Source of the DNA: a virus
Reading direction: 5' to 3' (one strand)
DNA: 64,000 bases
IMG/VR virus record: IMGVR_UViG_3300044797_000185
Span: 1 to 64,000 of that record
Part shown: positions 62,021 to 64,000 of the stretch, one piece after another
Numbering within the stretch: the first letter of the stretch is position 1
Layout of the letters: each line of letters starts with the position of its first letter
Position numbers and translations under genes: made by a program
Notes under the pieces: model-generated
What the model was told of the DNA's origin: nothing
Seen by the model: only the letters and a program-made list of their open reading frames with translations
The model's database searches: none

Positions 62021-62741
62021 AGCTAGACAATTTTGCCCACTGGGGCATAATAAAATTATTGAAGGCAAATTTGAGAATGGACATTGTATAGCTTGTTCTA
62101 AGCTTCCTAAAAAACAGATTTGCATACATGGGATTGATACATTCATTTGTGGAAGAACTGGCAGGGCATGTAATGAATGCAGAAGAATTGCTGATAGAAA
62201 AACTAGGCAGTTTTGCCCCAGAGGACATGATACTTTTGTAACTGGAAGAAATAAGAGAAATAGAAGATGTCTTGCCTGTGCGAATTTTCCAGGTAAACAA
62301 TTTTGTGTTCATGGGCATAATACTTGGGTAACAGGTCGTTATGGAAAACATTGTAAAGTTTGTATAGATATAAAGAATAGAAAGTATGAAAGAATTCAAA
62401 GAAAAATAAATATTAATTTTAGAGTAGCTTGTGCTTTGAGAAATCGTCTTTATTCTGCTTTAAGAGGAAATTGGAAAACTGGTTCTGCAATTAAGGATTT
62501 AGGCTGCTCTATGGATTTTTTGATCGCTTATTTGCAGGAGCAATTCTATGCTGATATGACATGGGACAATTGGGGAACTTATTGGGAGATTGATCATATT
62601 GGAGAATTAGCTGATTTTGACTTATCTAAACGAAGCCAATTGTTAAAGGCAGTTAATTATACAAATTTAAGACCCTTAACAAAACCAGATCATTGGAAGA
62701 AGTCAGCCCAAGCTAAAAGAGATCGGAAAAATAAGTCTTGA
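62007..62741 (+). CDS. HNH endonuclease with four tandem CxxG[HI]...CxxC repeats
   Basis: Four QxCxxG[HI]x[KT] repeats, then MTWDNWG..WEIDHI...NYTNLRPL. Confidence 0.85.
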   Translation: MAVYKARQFCPLGHNKIIEGKFENGHCIACSKLPKKQICIHGIDTFICGRTGRACNECRRIADRKTRQFCPRGHDTFVTGRNKRNRRCLACANFPGKQFCVHGHNTWVTGRYGKHCKVCIDIKNRKYERIQRKININFRVACALRNRLYSALRGNWKTGSAIKDLGCSMDFLIAYLQEQFYADMTWDNWGTYWEIDHIGELADFDLSKRSQLLKAVNYTNLRPLTKPDHWKKSAQAKRDRKNKS

Positions 62742-62766
62742 CAAAGTTATCTACTTGTGTTATAAT
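62738..62766 (+). promoter_or_regulatory. Consensus sigma70 promoter
   Basis: TTGACA-17 nt-TATAAT with TG extension. Confidence 0.9.
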
Positions 62767-62800
62767 AATAGTGTAGCAAATGAAATTAAGGGAGATTATA

Positions 62801-63451
62801 ATGGAACTTTCAAGATTTTACTTTCGCTGTACTTGGTGTGAACGTGTAGTATCTGTAAATTGTTCTTCTGAAGAAGTTAACGCAGTTATTAAGGCTCCTT
62901 GTCCTCTTTGCAATGAAGTGGCATTACGAGTAATGGGTCGTGTTGAGAAATCTAATATTGTTCGAACATCTGTTAAATCTGCATGTGACGAGAGGTGTAC
63001 AAACGCTCAGGGACCGCATTGTTCCTGCGAGTGCAGCCAAGTCAACCACGGAACAAAAAAGCTTATTTCGTTTGACAAAATTGTAGGTAAGCTTTCAGTT
63101 GTGAATGCTGAAATGCTTAATAATAACGAGGCATATCTTCAGAGGATTAAGAGAATGGCTGAAGCTAAAAATAAAATTAAAGTTAATGTCATTGCCTTTT
63201 TGACTTGGAAAAATAAGAAGATTTTAGATTGGTTAAAACAACCTGGAAATTCTTCTTGGCGACTTGCTTATGAAGAATATCATGCATATCAGGTGTATAA
63301 GAAAACTCTTGAAAGAATAGATAAAATTGAAGATTTAAAAAGTATTCAAAAGAAGATTAATTCCCTTACAGGTCTTATTAAAAAAATTGGGTCCAATCTG
63401 GAATATTTAGAAGCTATTTTTGATAAGAAACAGGAACAGGTAAAAGTATAA
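62801..63451 (+). CDS. Cys-rich hypothetical protein
   Basis: GGGAG SD before ATG 62801; CTWC, CPLC, CDERC...CSCEC..VNHG motifs. Confidence 0.7.
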   Translation: MELSRFYFRCTWCERVVSVNCSSEEVNAVIKAPCPLCNEVALRVMGRVEKSNIVRTSVKSACDERCTNAQGPHCSCECSQVNHGTKKLISFDKIVGKLSVVNAEMLNNNEAYLQRIKRMAEAKNKIKVNVIAFLTWKNKKILDWLKQPGNSSWRLAYEEYHAYQVYKKTLERIDKIEDLKSIQKKINSLTGLIKKIGSNLEYLEAIFDKKQEQVKV

Positions 63452-63555
63452 TAAAAATTGGTTCTATTGAAAGTACTCTTACAGCCTATTTATAAAGTAG
63501 ATAAGTATAAATAAAATAAATAGGCTTAAAAAGCATAATTTCAAGGAGAATTAAA

Positions 63556-64000
63556 ATGAAAATAGATTTTATGGAAATACCTTTAAAAAATAATAAAAAA
63601 GCAATTGTAGATGCAGAAGATTATCCACGTCTTATTAAATTTAGATGGTGGTTATTTAAAAATAACTGTATTGCTACAGGTATTGGTAGTAAAAAATTAA
63701 AAACAAGAAAAAATGTTCCTCTATCTCATATGGTATTGAATCTTGTTGGAGGATCAAAAAAAGATGTTTCTTACATTGATGGAAATTTCCTAAATAATAG
63801 AAAATCAAATTTAATTGTAAAAAGTTCTCGAACAAAGCTTATTGGAAAAAAATTTGGCAGATTATTGGTTATTTCATTTCATCATTATGATTCAAAATAT
63901 AGAGTTCTTCATTGGGAATGTAAATGTGATTGTGGAAATACAACAGTAGTTCCTACTACAAGTCTTCAACGTAAGGAAAGACCAAGTATCTCTTGTGGGT
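63556..64000 (+). CDS. HNH-family endonuclease-like protein (3'-truncated by the window)
   Basis: AAGGAG SD; AIVDAEDY, YIDGNFLNNRKSNL (first HNH His replaced by Tyr), GKKFGRLLV...WECKCDCG. Confidence 0.7.
   Translation, partial: MKIDFMEIPLKNNKKAIVDAEDYPRLIKFRWWLFKNNCIATGIGSKKLKTRKNVPLSHMVLNLVGGSKKDVSYIDGNFLNNRKSNLIVKSSRTKLIGKKFGRLLVISFHHYDSKYRVLHWECKCDCGNTTVVPTTSLQRKERPSISCG

Noticed and set aside
479-62399. Minus-strand and nested plus-strand ORFs in the track (e.g. 2794-3246, 10626-11006, 31987-32406, 38719-39135, 58651-59064, 61956-62399)
   Set aside because: They lie wholly within well-supported + strand genes, lack SDs and motifs, and have the composition expected of antisense or off-frame shadows.
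1-64000. CRISPR array
   Set aside because: No regularly spaced 25-45 bp repeats with unique spacers. The short repeats seen are in-frame coding repeats (Kelch, fibre modules).
1-64000. Stop-codon reassignment (TAG or TGA read as sense)
   Set aside because: Core genes are full length in code 11, and TAG/TGA end plausible genes (1015, 5231, 13985, 62741).
1-64000. Integrase, shufflon/invertase or host flanking DNA indicating a prophage
   Set aside because: No recombinase motifs, no inverted gene cassettes and no run of host housekeeping genes. map is embedded among phage-type genes.

Overview
This window is the morphogenesis region of a large, AT-rich, contractile-tailed (myovirus-like) dsDNA phage. 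All supported genes are on the + strand and read normally in genetic code 11. Gene order: terminase large subunit (3' part), portal, head-morphogenesis protein, prohead protease fused to a long scaffold, decoration protein, major capsid protein, three tRNAs, head/collar fibre-like genes, neck proteins, holin-like gene, tail fibres, tail terminator, sheath, tube, frameshifted tail assembly chaperone, tape measure, baseplate, more fibres, peptidase/endolysin-like genes, a methionine aminopeptidase operon. Seven free-standing GIY-YIG/HNH endonuclease genes are interspersed. Strongest unusual observations: (1) four DUF3494-type ice-binding-like domains in four virion genes, one inside the tail sheath, in two pairs sharing 50-75 bp of identical DNA; (2) a second, unrecognised Thr-rich module inserted into four core tail proteins; (3) nine small Cys/His proteins sharing a C-terminal [DST]N[LI]x[YF]L[EDA] motif; (4) a recurrent K[KT]A[AS] motif suggesting a protease-processed head polyprotein; (5) a 64-bp intergenic element present twice, 31.6 kb apart; (6) a neck gene with a possible ATC start or bypass signal created by an endonuclease insertion; (7) sigma70-type promoters that appear to give leaderless mRNAs. 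All family assignments come from motif recognition by eye; no database search was run.
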